From NCBI RefSeq assembly GCF_009914755.1, contig NC_060929.1: 64,000 nt of DNA; one strand, given 5' to 3'. Source of the DNA: the human T2T-CHM13v2.0 reference genome, Homo sapiens. The notes beneath the pieces were generated by a model. The model saw nothing but the letters and a program-made list of their open reading frames with translations, had not been told where the DNA came from and searched no databases. How positions within the stretch are numbered: position 1 is the first letter of the stretch; every line of letters begins with the position of its first letter. Positions 1 to 14,094 of the stretch are shown piece by piece. The translations under genes were made by a program, and so were the position numbers.

Positions 1-2188
1 AACTGCAGGAAATTGAGACATAAAAAACCATTCAAAAGATTAATGAATGCAAGAGTTGTTTTTTTTTGAAAACAGTAATAAAATATATAGGCCACTAGCT
101 AGACTAATAAAGAAGTCTAGCTAGAGAGAATATACAAATAAACACAATTAAAAATGATGAAGGAAATGTTACCAGTAACCCCCACATAAATAAAAACAAC
201 CATCATAGACTACTGCGAACACCTCTGTGCACACAGAGTTGTGCACACAAACTAGAAAACCTAGAAGAGACGGATAAATTTCTGGACACATACACTCTCC
301 TAAGACTGAGCCAGGAAGAAATTTATTCCCTGAACAGGCCAATAATGAGCTCCAAAATTGAAACAGTAAAAAATAATCTACCAATCAAAAAAAGCACAGA
401 GCCTGATGGATTTACAGTTGAATTCTACCGGATGTACAAAGAAGAGCTAGTACCATTCTTGCAGAAACTATTCCAAAAATCCCTCCTCCCGAAATCATTC
501 TGTGAGGCCAGCATCATTTTGATACCAAAACCTGGCAGAGACACAACAAATAAAGAAAACTTCAGGCCAATATCCTTGATGAACATCAATGCAAAAACCC
601 TCAACAAAATACTGGCAAACCAAATCCAGCAGCACATCAAAAAACTCATCCCCCATGATCAAATAGGCTTCACTCCTGGGCTGCAAGGTTGGTTCAACAT
701 ATGCAAATCAATAAATGTGATTCATCACATAAACAGAACTAAAGACAAAAACCACATGATTATCTCAATAGATGCAGAAAAGGCTTTTGATAAAATTCAA
801 CACCACTTCATGTTAAAAACTCTCAATAAATTAGGTATTGAATAAACATAACTTAAAATAACAAAAGCCATCTATGACAAACCCACAGCCAACATTATAT
901 TAAATGGGCAAAAGCTGGACGCATTCCCTCAAAAAACTGGCACAAGATAAGGATGCCCTCTCTTACCACTTCTGTTCAACATAGCATTGGAAGTCCTAAC
1001 CAGAGCAATCAGGCAAGAGAAAGAAATAAAGTGCATCTGAATAGGAAGAGAGGAAGTCAAACTATCTCTGTTTGCAGATGATATAATTCTATATCTAGAA
1101 AACCCCATAGCCTAGGCCCAAAAGCTCCTTCAGCTGATAAATAACTTCAGCAAAGCTTTAGGATACAAAATCAATGTACAAAAATCATGAGCATTCCTAT
1201 ACACCACCAACAGCCAAACTGAAAGCCAAATCAGAAAGGCAATCCCATTCACAATTGTCACACACACACACAAAATACCTAGGAATACAGCTAACTAGGA
1301 AGCGGAAGATCTCTACAATGAGAATTACAAAACACTTCTCAAAGAAATCAGAGAATATGCAAACAAATAAAAAAAATCCCATGCTCGTGGATGGGAAGAA
1401 TCAATAAAATTAAAATGTCTATACTTCCCAAAGCAGTTTACAGATTCAGTGCTATTCCTATCAGACTACTGACAACATTCTTCACAAAACTAGGAAAAAC
1501 TATTTTAAAATTCATATGGAACCAAAAAACAGCCTGAATAGCCAAGGCAATCCTAAGCAAAATGAACAAAGCTGGAGGCATCACATTACCCAACTTGAAA
1601 ATTACAAGGTTACAGTAACCAAAACAGCATGGTACTGGTACAAAAACAGGTACATAGACCAATGGGACAGAATAGAGAGCCCAGAAATAAGGCCTCACAT
1701 CTACAACCATCTGATCTTTGACAAAGCTGACAAAAATAAACAATAGGGAAAAGACTCTCTATTCAATAAATGGTGCTGGGATAACTGGCTAGCCAACTGC
1801 AGAAGATTGAAGCTGGACCCTTTCCTTACACCATATACAAATATCAACTCAAGATGGATTAAAGACATAAATATAAAACCCAAAACTATAAAAACCCTGG
1901 AAGACAACCTACGCAGTACCATCCTGGACACAGGAATGAGCAAAGATTTCGTGACAAAGACACCAAAAGCAATAGCAACAAAAGCAAAAATTGACAATTG
2001 GGATCTAATTAAACTTAAGAGCTTCTGCACAGCAAAACAAACTAACAACAGAGTAAACAGACAACCTACAGAATCGGAGATATTCTGCAGGTTGCAATTA
2101 TGCATCTGACAAAGGTCTAATATTCAAAATCTATAAGGAACTTAAATTTACAAGAGAAAAACAACTCCATTAAAAAGTGGTCAGAGTT

Positions 2189-2883
<695 letters not shown>

Positions 2884-3737
2884 GAAAAAAGCTCAATACT
2901 ATGAATCATTAGAGAAAGGCAAATCAAAACCACAATGAGATCCCAGTGAGTAGTCAGAATGGCTACTATTGAAACATCAAAAAATAACAGATGCTGGCAA
3001 GGCTGTGGTGAAAAGGGAATGCTTATACACTATTGGTGGGACTGTAAATTAGTTCAACCATTGTGGAGAGCAGTATGGTGATTCCTCAAAGAGCTAAAAG
3101 CAGAACTACATTCGACCCAACAATCCCTTTACTGAGTATATACCCAGAGGAATATAAAGCATTCTACCATAAAGACACATGCATGTGAATTTTCACTGCA
3201 GCACTATTCACAATAACGAAGACATGGAATCAACCTAAGTGCCCATCAATGACAGATAGGATAAAAAAAATGGTACATATACACCATGGAATATCATGCA
3301 GCCGTAAAAAAGAATGAGATCATGTCTTTTGCAGGAACATAGATGGAGTTGGATGCTATCATCCTTAGCAAATTAACACAGGAACAGAAAATCAAATACC
3401 ACATGTTCTCACTTATAAGTGGGAGCTACATGATGAGAACTTATGAACACAAAGAAGAAAACAACAGACCCTTGGGCCTACTTGAGCCAGGAGGATGGGA
3501 GGAGAGAGAGGAGCAGAAAAGATAACTATTGGGTACTGGGGTTAATACCTGGGTGATGAAATAATCTGTACAACAAACCCCCATGACACATTTACCTATG
3601 TAATAAACCTTCACATGTACCTCTAAACCTAAAATAAAAGTTAAACATTTTTTAAAGTAAAAAAAATTATGTGACTAGATCTTTATATATTAATCTTTTA
3701 TATAGCCATGACTATTTATTTTGGCTGTGTTTATTGA

Positions 3738-4039
<302 letters not shown>

Positions 4040-4356
4040 TGAGTTAATTCTTTAAGGGTGCAAAATTATTTTTTCCTCTTAGTTGGAATGAAATTCTGTA
4101 ATAAAATATAAATTGTTAAAATTTCTACAATTCATGTTGTTCATGTATAAATTCTGAAGAGAAAATTAATTCTCTTTGAATTTATGGATTTCTTGCCTCT
4201 GTATCTATTAGACTATTAGAATATTGTTTTAAAGGCCATTTGGGAACTCATGGTAGTTTTGTTTAGGTAATGTTTGATGTAGAAAAGTGTGAAGAGAGGT
4301 AAAGATGCTATGAGATGACAAAATAGAAAGTGTAAACATCTTAGTTCAATTCAATT

Positions 4357-4460
4357 CTCCCTCCCTTTTTTCCTTCCTTCTCTCCTTCCTCCCTTTTTCC
4401 CTTCTTTCCCTCTTTCATTTCCTCTTTCTTTCTTCCTCCTTCCCTTCCTTCTCTCCCTTC
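4357..4460. repeat. CT-rich polypyrimidine low-complexity tract
   Basis: About 100 bp of almost pure C/T. Confidence 0.85.
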
Positions 4461-4938
4461 ATTGCAATGTACCAACACATTATCATGGTCTTTCTCTGTA
4501 AGGAATGGGACCATGTAGATGGCTTTCAGAAAAGGATTCCTGTGTACTAGATAGTCCATTGTTTAGTTTATTATAACCAAGTTACTAAAATTTTGAACCT
4601 ATGAATGTCAAGTGGAACACAGAAACAACTTTGTAAGCCAGAACCACTTCACTATTATGATATTCATTGAAAAAGGTTTGACTTCACCTGTGTAATACAA
4701 ACAGCATGTAAATTAGCAGAAGGAGCTATAAAATGTTTAGATAAATATCAAAGTTGACTTTACAAGGAAACAGAGAGAGCCTGATTAGATTCTGGCTCTA
4801 TGCAAAAACCAGTTGTTTAGAAAAGATGGGTCTGGTTAAGAAAAAAACCGATGGTGATTTCTTCCTGAAGCCACACTTGACTAATTCACCTGCATTGGTC
4901 TTTTTGAATTCCTCTAATACTTACAGGCCATCCTATGA

Positions 4939-5269
<331 letters not shown>

Positions 5270-6149
5270 TAAGTGAGTGAGAAATACAAGTAAATAGTCC
5301 ACAATAGACCATGACAAATAGTTCTGAGTGCACCATTAGGGTCATGGAAAATTTTCCTCAATTTTTTTTTCAAAGCAGCGAGAGATGATTATAGAGATGC
5401 ATTTTATTACCACTGCTAATATTTTCTTTCTTTCTTTCTTTTTGGTTTTTTCTGAGGGACTTTTAAATGACTTTCCTACATTCTCCTGCAAATAACCTTG
5501 CTTTTCTTCCACCTGAACTTGGTATCTAGCTCTACCCTTGACTCTCTATTTAAAGACTGTCTTTTTCACTTTTAAACTTTCACGATGTGTGCCACCTAAT
5601 AGGTCAAGTGTAGATTTGGGATTAGAATGAGGTAAAATTGCAATTTTATTTGTGTTTACTTAATCTGTATTCGAAGTTCCTTGTATGGACAGTGGCTTTC
5701 CTAAGAACTAATAAAGAGACTAATGTAGACTGATTCAGTGGTAGGACTTCCAAGGAAAGGTGACCTTTACACAGATAGGAAATACTTGCAAAAAAGCATG
5801 GTGAGACCAGAGTGCAAATAGACAAAGAAAAGTCTCCATTCCAACATAAGTTAAGAAAAGTCTTTTTTTTTTAACCTTCTATTACTTGCTGTTGTACAAT
5901 AGTAAAGTATAAGTTATTTGAACTTTTAGGATCAATAAGAAAAGTTGTGTAGCAAACCAAAATCATTTCTGTAAGAAAATAGACTTATTTTTGTGCATTT
6001 TTTGATAGTGCATTATAGTAAATATTGTAGAATTCTTTTTTGCTAGGAATGCAAATAATTTTAAACAGAAGTTGTCAACTAAAATATTACTTTGCTTGAT
6101 TTATTTGATCTAAAAGGCATCCCAAGGATAAAATTTTGTTTTAATTAAA

Positions 6150-6277
6150 AAAAATTACTTTTGTAGAGATGGGGGTCTCACCATGTTGCCCAGGCTAGTC
6201 TCTTGGCTCCAAGCAATCCTCTTGCATCGGCCTCCCAAAGTGCTGGGATTATAGGTGTGAACCACTGTGCCTAACCT
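6150..6277 (-). mobile_element. FLAM / Alu left monomer
   Basis: Single antisense monomer gtagagatggggg...cctcccaaagtgctgggatta. Confidence 0.85.
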
Positions 6278-6779
6278 AAAATATAAAATTAAACTCCAAG
6301 TGATATCAATTTATTAGTATTATTGAACATAAATTTATTATTAAATATGAATTTATTATTTAACATCAATCTATTATTATTGAATATTAATTGTTTTGCC
6401 AGGTTGAATTATGCAATTTTAATAAGAGTTTTTTTTTTTTAAGGAAGATTATTTTGTGTGGGCTCTATCTCAATATCTTAAATTATGAGTTGAGTTGGTA
6501 ACAACTTTTTCCATGGAAACTCATGGAGTTTTAGTTTAAAAAACACTTAAAATACATATTTTTCGGTCTTAGACATGACTTTTTGAATAAAAATATCTGA
6601 ACAAGCATTCACAGGTGAATTTGTGGCATTAATGTTTGTGCGGGCAGCGTGCTTGGAATTTCTGAGGGTGCAGAGATTGTATTTCAGAAAAAGGAAGTGG
6701 TAGGAATTAAGGCAATAGAGTATCGTGGGGAGTAGGATGATAGCTAGTTTGGCTGATGCCCAGGAAAATAGGAGAAGGT

Positions 6780-7220
6780 AAGACTGAAAGGCAGTTGGGG
6801 GTACATTTGGAAATAGCTTGCAGCATCTTTGTTCAGCAGACAAGCGGGTATCACAGAATCTTTTTGATAAGCAGCAGACCTAAACAAGGCAGAGCTCAAA
6901 CTCAAAATGGAAACTACTGCCAGATGCATTGTTTGGAAGAATAATGGGCTTAATATGGGGTCAAAACCAAATTAGAGATAAAGCATGGGAAAAGAGAGCA
7001 ACAGAGAGTTGCAAAAAAGTGCTGAAGAAAAAAATAGATGCAACTTGGTGTTTAATTAGATATGGTGGGGGTGGGAGAGAAATAAAGCAAGATGACTCAT
7101 GTTTGGAGCCAGAGAGAACAAGTGTACCCTTAACGAACAGGAAGTCAGCAGAAACTGGTTCTTGGAGAAGTTTAATTTTAGAAATGTTAAGTTTGAGGTG
7201 CTGCCAGGACATCCAAATTT
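6780..7220 (-). mobile_element. L2 fragment
   Basis: L2-like motif ttttagaaatgttaagtttgaggtgctgccaggacatccaa. Boundaries approximate. Confidence 0.55.
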
Positions 7221-9879
7221 AACCCCTTTCTTGGGCCTTTTATTGTAGGGGATAAGAGGCAAGTCCGTTCTTTCAGAAAGGGTCCTGCTGTTTACCAATC
7301 GCCTATCTTAATTTTCCCAGTGAGCTTCTGACCGTGTCCCCCGGGTTCTGTTTTTGTTTGTTTGTTTGTTTGTTTTTCAGACGGGCAGTATGAGGTCTTT
7401 TCTGTATATTTTTGGGTTTAAGATATTGGTGAATCTACAAGATAACATTTTTCCTTTGTTAGTTAGTACGGATTATTTTTCACATTAAAGTGTCAGTGGT
7501 TATCGTAGTTCTCTTCACTAGAGCTTACCAAAGATGTCTTCATACCAGCAGTAAAGCTGTGGAGGAAGGCTAGAGTGAGTCACGGGAAAGAATATCCTAT
7601 CCACCCAGTTCGGTTTTACAATCGTGTAAGTAGAACTGGAACTCTGCACAGAGGTCAGGGTTAGAGAGAGAGATGGATTGATTGATTTATCTATGTGGAA
7701 GTGAGTTGGAAGGCAGCAGTAATTCTTCTGAGCGCATGCTTGAGCGTATTCTGCTTTACAACTCACATTTTGTTCGTGGCTGGCTGTGTCTTCTAAAACA
7801 GATCACACTGTTCTGGGGCACAGTGAGTCATTCCACGTTCTTTTCTTCCCTGGTTCCACTCTGCACTTGTTCCTAATCAACTTCCTCTTATCTCTAACCA
7901 TTTTGCCAGTGTTTCTGTCTAAGCACTTCTGTCTCCACTGAGGTCAGAAAAAAGGGAAATAGACTGAAATCAACATCGCATCCACAAGGGTTTATGAAGT
8001 ATCCTGCATGTGTGGAGCATCATTACAGGTTTTTCAATCATATTATATAAGTGACTGAAGTTAGATAAAAGAAAAGCTTACCTTTATATGACAATTACTA
8101 AAAGTTGGAATGAGTTATGGAGAGAGGCCACCGATTCTAAGTATAGAAGAAATGACTAGGTTGGGTGCTACCTGCTAGTTGATAATGGAACATAAGATCT
8201 TATATGTTCTTGGGATAACGTGAATTTTTTAAAATTCTATTTCTTGTGACATATGGGCTGAAGATTTTTTCCCACTACTTTCTGTGCCTGCGTAAGCAGA
8301 CCATTATCATTGAGCTTGTGTCTCTCTTTATATATGATTATTTGTATCTGCCACCTCCTCCATATTGGTTTATATGTTGGCTGATGAAAGTGGAAATTCT
8401 ATTCTTTCACTTAAATCTTATTTTCAATCATGTTTTCACATGATTATTATGTATCATAATCAATTCAGAATCATGTTTTTAAAGTGAAAATCATAAATAA
8501 TTGTCTTTCTATATGCAGCAGGTCATTATGCAAATGACAAAAATATTTCTTTCACATTAAATAGAGGGAATGAGGAAATAATGTCCTAATTCAGGCGGAA
8601 CTATTTTTGTTCTGCGTAACTAAGACATTTCCAATTTAGGGAATGCTGGTAGGTCAAGGGTCAAGGAAGAGGTCAGCAAAAGACTAATGTAATGCATTTT
8701 CTCTTTTTCTGCAGATTTCTGTGAATAGACCAGAAGCCGACCTTTACAGTGTGTTTGGGTGCAGGTGAGGCTGATTTGAGGCAAATGTGCTTTACAGATC
8801 TACAATCTTATACCTCACTCTGGCTGAAGCACCAGTCCCCAAGTGCAGACTTCTTGCCTGTTTCCCGTGTAACACTGTCCAACTCTGAAGGCTCCTACCC
8901 TGACCTTGGCCCTTGCTATTTTCTTCAGTGGTTCTGATGATGGAAGAATCAGAAGTGCCTGGTGTATACTGGAAATAGGGTGGGTGGGGGGGGGGTGGCG
9001 TGTATATTTTCGGGGAGTATTTTTCCTTTTTATCATCTCTATTCTAACTGTTTTCTCTGGGCACAGCTTTGCTCTAATTATAGCAAAGGCTAAACAAGGT
9101 GAACTTCAGTCTAGGAATTTTTAGTTCTATAATTTTATGAGAGAGAAGACTTTTTCAAATAATTTCCTTGCTTATTGGTTACTTTTTAACCTGCTTTGTG
9201 GGATCCATGCAGTTAATTGATTAATCATCTAATTATTACTGGCATGGTTATGGATGTTACTTACAATCTCAAGGCTTATTTTCCTGCAAGTGGGCATAAA
9301 AACACAAATTATAGGTTTGTTCTGAGTATTAAATGAGATTATGGCCAGTGCCTAGAACATATATTTGATGAAAAAATCAATTCAGTTCTATTGACACCAG
9401 CATTGAGATATGCTAAATTCAATGGTAATTCTGAGTTTCAGAGTTCTGAGAATGGCTTGAATAAGTTTATACTAACTTACAGTAGCAACAATTGTTGAAT
9501 GCTTACTATGTAGAAGGCATAGTAAGGCGTATGTTAAATGTGTTGTATTAACTTATTTAGTTCTCACTACAGCATCAGGAGGTAGGTTCCATCGTCTATA
9601 TTGTTTAGCTTGGATAGAAATAACTTGCTTAGGGATAGCCTGTTAGGTCTGTCTGATCCTGAGGTGTGTACTCCAAACTATATTATACTGCCTTCCTGTG
9701 ACCATTTTCTAAATACAAGTATCATATTTTGAAAGTAAGATACATAAAATTGAGCAGTTGTTCTGTGATTACTGTGAGGTAGACTGTGAGTTGGGAAATG
9801 TTACATTTGGAGTGGAAAACATTACAATTATGGATTCAGAATTCCATGATCAGGGATGGCTGGGGACAACTTCTATTCT

Positions 9880-10115
9880 AGAACATGGGTTGGGAACATG
9901 GACTCTGGACTCATATTTTCTGTGTTTGCATCTCAGCTCTGCCACTTTGTAGCTCTGTGACCTAGGACTAACTCAACTTCCTGAGTCTCAATTTTCTTGT
10001 CTATAAAATGATGAAAATGCTGCCCATCTCATAGAGTTATGAGGATTAAATGAGCGAATACATGTAGATTCCTTAGAATAGTGGCTGACACTTGGTAAGT
10101 GTCATTAGATATCAT
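9880..10115 (+). mobile_element. MIR
   Basis: MIR core gctctgccactt...tgtgacctagg...ctcaattttcttgtctataaaatg...gaggattaaatgag. Weaker MIR pieces also at about 9255-9360 and 9490-9700. Confidence 0.85.
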
Positions 10116-13100
10116 TAGCATTTCTATATCTTTCACTTTATATGTCTCTTCTGGCTGTCTTCATGTGTGCATAGTTGTACTCTTGCTAAGAAATGCATAG
10201 ATTTACTTAAGGATGTTGTGAAGCTTGTCCACAGAATTATAATGTGGTTTTGGAGTCTTTAGTATATTATAATAGAGGGAAAAGTTATTACTGTCAATTT
10301 TTTCCACCTTCAAAAACAATTATTGCTTAAGAATTACTGGGATTAATTATCTTTTAAATGTTTAAATCTGAATTCATATTTATAAAATTAATACCTGTTC
10401 AAAATCAATATTAGTAGAAGCCAAATATATTGAGTGACTTAGTTGGCCTTATCTTTAGTCATAATTTCAGATTGGAAGTGAAAGCGAATTTAAAAGATGT
10501 GGTTGTGTAGAACCATCTCTTTTATTCTTTTTATACATGCATGTGAGTGAGGTAAGTGGTTAGACATATTCTTAGTCTTTTTGCCCAGCTCAAGGAAGAG
10601 TTAATAAAATTACGTTATGTAAAGTGCATTGAACTCCTCAAGAGAGAAGTGTTACATTAATACCTGCCTCACAGTGATGTTCTCAGACTTAATGTTTGTA
10701 AATTGCCTTGGTACTCCCAGTAACATCCTGATGAAGCATCATTTTGTTTTATTGCAAGGAGCTCTAAGTTACACAGAATACAAGTTAAGGGGGAAATAAT
10801 ATCCCAGTCTTTATTTTACAATCAGAAGTACATAAAATAGAGAGAAAACATTTTGTTCCAGTTGTGAATGGTAAAATTGATCATTTATTTTTTTCTCTCT
10901 GTTACTTTGGGGATGACGTAGAGTTTATAATGTAGTTTAATTGAGCACTCAAGGTTAAAGTATTTAATGGCAGAATTGGTGATCATGATACAAAGAGATC
11001 TTTAAGGACACTGGTATTCAAATTTTTAAAGTTAAATTCCAATTTTAAGAGTCAGTTTTTTATATGATTACTATTAAGTTTGGCATTTTTGAGACATGTC
11101 TTAAATCGATATCTGTAATACTTACAAACATCAGTAGAGAGAATCATATTGTAAACACATATTCTTGCTGTAGGGTACATTTTAAATGTCTAAACACTAA
11201 TCAATATAGCAAAATTAAGTATTGACTAAAATAGCTTTATAATAAGTAATTATTGGTTTGCTCTTTTAGAAATTAGACATTTTCACTTTGGGAATAAAGA
11301 GTAAATTTACTGTCATGAAATTAAAGTGTTTTTGACCTTTTTGTACAACTTTCCTCTGTCTATGAAATGATTAGGTTTAAATATGATTGCACAGCTGTAT
11401 TATGTTGCAAGCATCAATTTTTAATTATTATAAGGTCAATGTTAGAACAAATGTGATTAGAACAGTACCTCTGTGCAGTTATTTACTTTCTACTCAGAAA
11501 CCACTCTGTGTTTACTAAAACTAACCCAAACCTCTCTCGGTTGATATGGCTAATTAGATTCTTGCCAAATATTTTATTTTCCTCAGTGTTCATTCTATGT
11601 ATGTTATTTTGTTGATTCGTTCAGTTTTTTAAAATACGAATTTCGTGATTTATTTCTTCCCTTCATAGGGGGACATTTATTTTTCTATGTGTCTGTGTGT
11701 ACATATCTCTCTGTGTGTATAACCACAGATAACAATAGCTTCACAATCCTCCTGCCTTGTATAGCACAAATATTTCTTCCCCACAATATTATTGAGAACT
11801 GATTTGTATAAAGCACATCTAAAGAGAAAAGGAGTTTCCTTGCCAAGCCTAGATTTTTATGATTCTATAGTCACAGAGATTTGCTGCTCTTCCTGATTTT
11901 CTCCTGCCACTCTATGTGACTTTGGATTTGGCCTTCAAATTAAAAGTTTCCTGCTATATAAAAAATGACAAAATAATACATGATCTACACATTATTCATG
12001 AAAATTCCCAAGATTTTCAGCATTAATAGTAATTCAGGTTTTAATCACAAAAGTGGTTTTCTAATTCTTAATTAGTTGTTCAGATTTCATTTACTGTTGA
12101 TATATTATCTACATTTTAAAAACAGCAATAATACTGGGCAAAAAAATTTTGTTGCCTTTAGTAAATGAAGCAGCCTAAGATTTCCTGCACAGAACACACA
12201 GGCCAAATAGTCCATCTCTGTGGTCTGGGGAACGAATGGTCAGATGTTGGCTGGGCTCCACTGGGAGTCTTAAGATGCAGCAGTAAAGGGAGGAAATCAC
12301 TTGGCTATGGCAAGTGGAAGAAGGGCTGGTGGAGTAGTGATTCATTAGTAGGAATAAGCAGAATGTGCTACTAAGAAGGTAAGTTTTACTTTTGATTCAT
12401 TAATAATTCTTCAGTCAATTTCATAGGGGTATAAAGGAACACTTAAAAGAACTTACTCCTATGTTAGATGATGCAGCTTTCACCCCATACTCCCTTCTCA
12501 TCTGTTACATTATTTTTGAGTCATGTATTCTGAAAATAGTTGCTTTTGAAAAATAAATATGTAGGGTCCTCTTGTCGAATACTTTCAAGTTCTATGTAGG
12601 GTGTAATGATAGAATTCTCCACAATGTAACAATGAGTGAGAAGATATTTTGGAATTGGATGGTTCTTCCCCAAATCTCTTAAATTATATTACCCAAGAGG
12701 AAGCTATTTCTGAGTGGTGTTGCGGAAGCCTAGTTATGGTAGTCAATGCTGAGAGCATCTTGGAAAATCTTGACATAAATGTCTCCAGAACCTCCGACTG
12801 TAAAGGTTCATGTAAAACATAAGCCTGTGACAGGCTTGCATTTCAAAGTTTCTAGTTTCAGGAACTGCTCTTAGCTACTGTGCTCTTAGTTACTAAGCTA
12901 TTTAGACCCAGCATATTTAACATATTTATAGTTATTATATTTAGTTGCTCAACAAATCTAAAAAAAGATAGCTACAAAACTGTTTTTATGTTTCTGCCAA
13001 TAGCTTAAATATCATTATTCACATTTTCTAAATAATATTGAATGGAGAGATTCTATGATTAAAAAATAACAAATCTAATTGCCAAGTTCCTGTTATTCTC

Positions 13101-13941
13101 CATCCCCTCTACTGCCTCCACCATCACTACTTATTGACCAAAATATTTATGAATAATGCACTGTAAACATTTCTACAGAAATTCTTCTTCTTATAAACAA
13201 AGCACCATAGAAAGATCATGAATGAACAATTTTATAGAATTTAAAAGCCAAAGAAATGTTAATCAAGGTTAAAATTATGCCTTATTCCTGTCAGCCACAG
13301 AAATTAGGTAAAAGCTTTGTTTTCTGATGAGGCAATTTCATGGAGCCTTTCTCAGTTACCTTCACTGAGCCCAACCCTTTTTCCAAGATGTCATTAAAAC
13401 ATCTTCACAAGAGGAGACGGCCAGCTATGGCACTTCATTTTTCAGTCTCTAACTGCCTCTGGATTTGTTTTACCTCTCAAGTCTGTACTAACATCCAGGT
13501 TTTGGATAATATGACGATTTGCATGGATTACATATTTAGAGCAGATTATACCATGTTTGGTTTGGTGGTCAGATGAGTCTAGTGTAGGGAATATAAATAT
13601 GGCTCACTATGTGAAGGTGCAAGGGTAGCATACTGTTATATTTCTAAATCGAATAAAATTGATATATTCATTATCCAACTTAGTTTGGCTAGATATTCAG
13701 TAGTGGCTGTAATTGGTTTGTTGCTCCCCTCTTTTTTGGTATGATACAGGAAGCTTATGTGGCCTACACACTAGGAAAAAGGCAGGGAAGGACTTTTGGA
13801 CCTCAGTTTACTTTTTTTTGCATTGTGATAGATGCTCATGGTTTTAAGTCTTGATGGTCCAATTTTAGGTGCTCCACTTAACTCCAAGCCAAGCTAGGAC
13901 AGGATAGGAAACTTTGCCAAAGCTTAAAGCCTTCTAGGAAA

Positions 13942-14069
13942 TGAAATTTTTGAATAGCCTGGAATCACTTTGCCTACCTGGTCATATCACCTCTTCTAGG
14001 GTGTGATGAAGAATTTTCACGAAGCCACCTGAGGAGCCAATTATTCTATGAAAATATGATCAGCTACAT
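13942..14069 (+). repeat. Left arm of a 128-bp inverted repeat flanking the RAB5C retrocopy
   Basis: Ungapped reverse-complement match to 15680-15807, 108/128 identical by hand count. Confidence 0.93.
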
Positions 14070-14094
14070 CATAAAAATGAAAATTAACATGATA

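Noticed and set aside
345-2109. ORFs with reverse-transcriptase similarity
   Set aside because: Fragments of a decayed L1 ORF2 with stops and frameshifts; not a novel RT system.
6300-6390. Degenerate AT-rich short repeats resembling an array
   Set aside because: Low-complexity slippage, no repeat-spacer structure; not CRISPR-like.
8978-8998. G-run with quadruplex potential
   Set aside because: Short poly-G tract with no supporting context.
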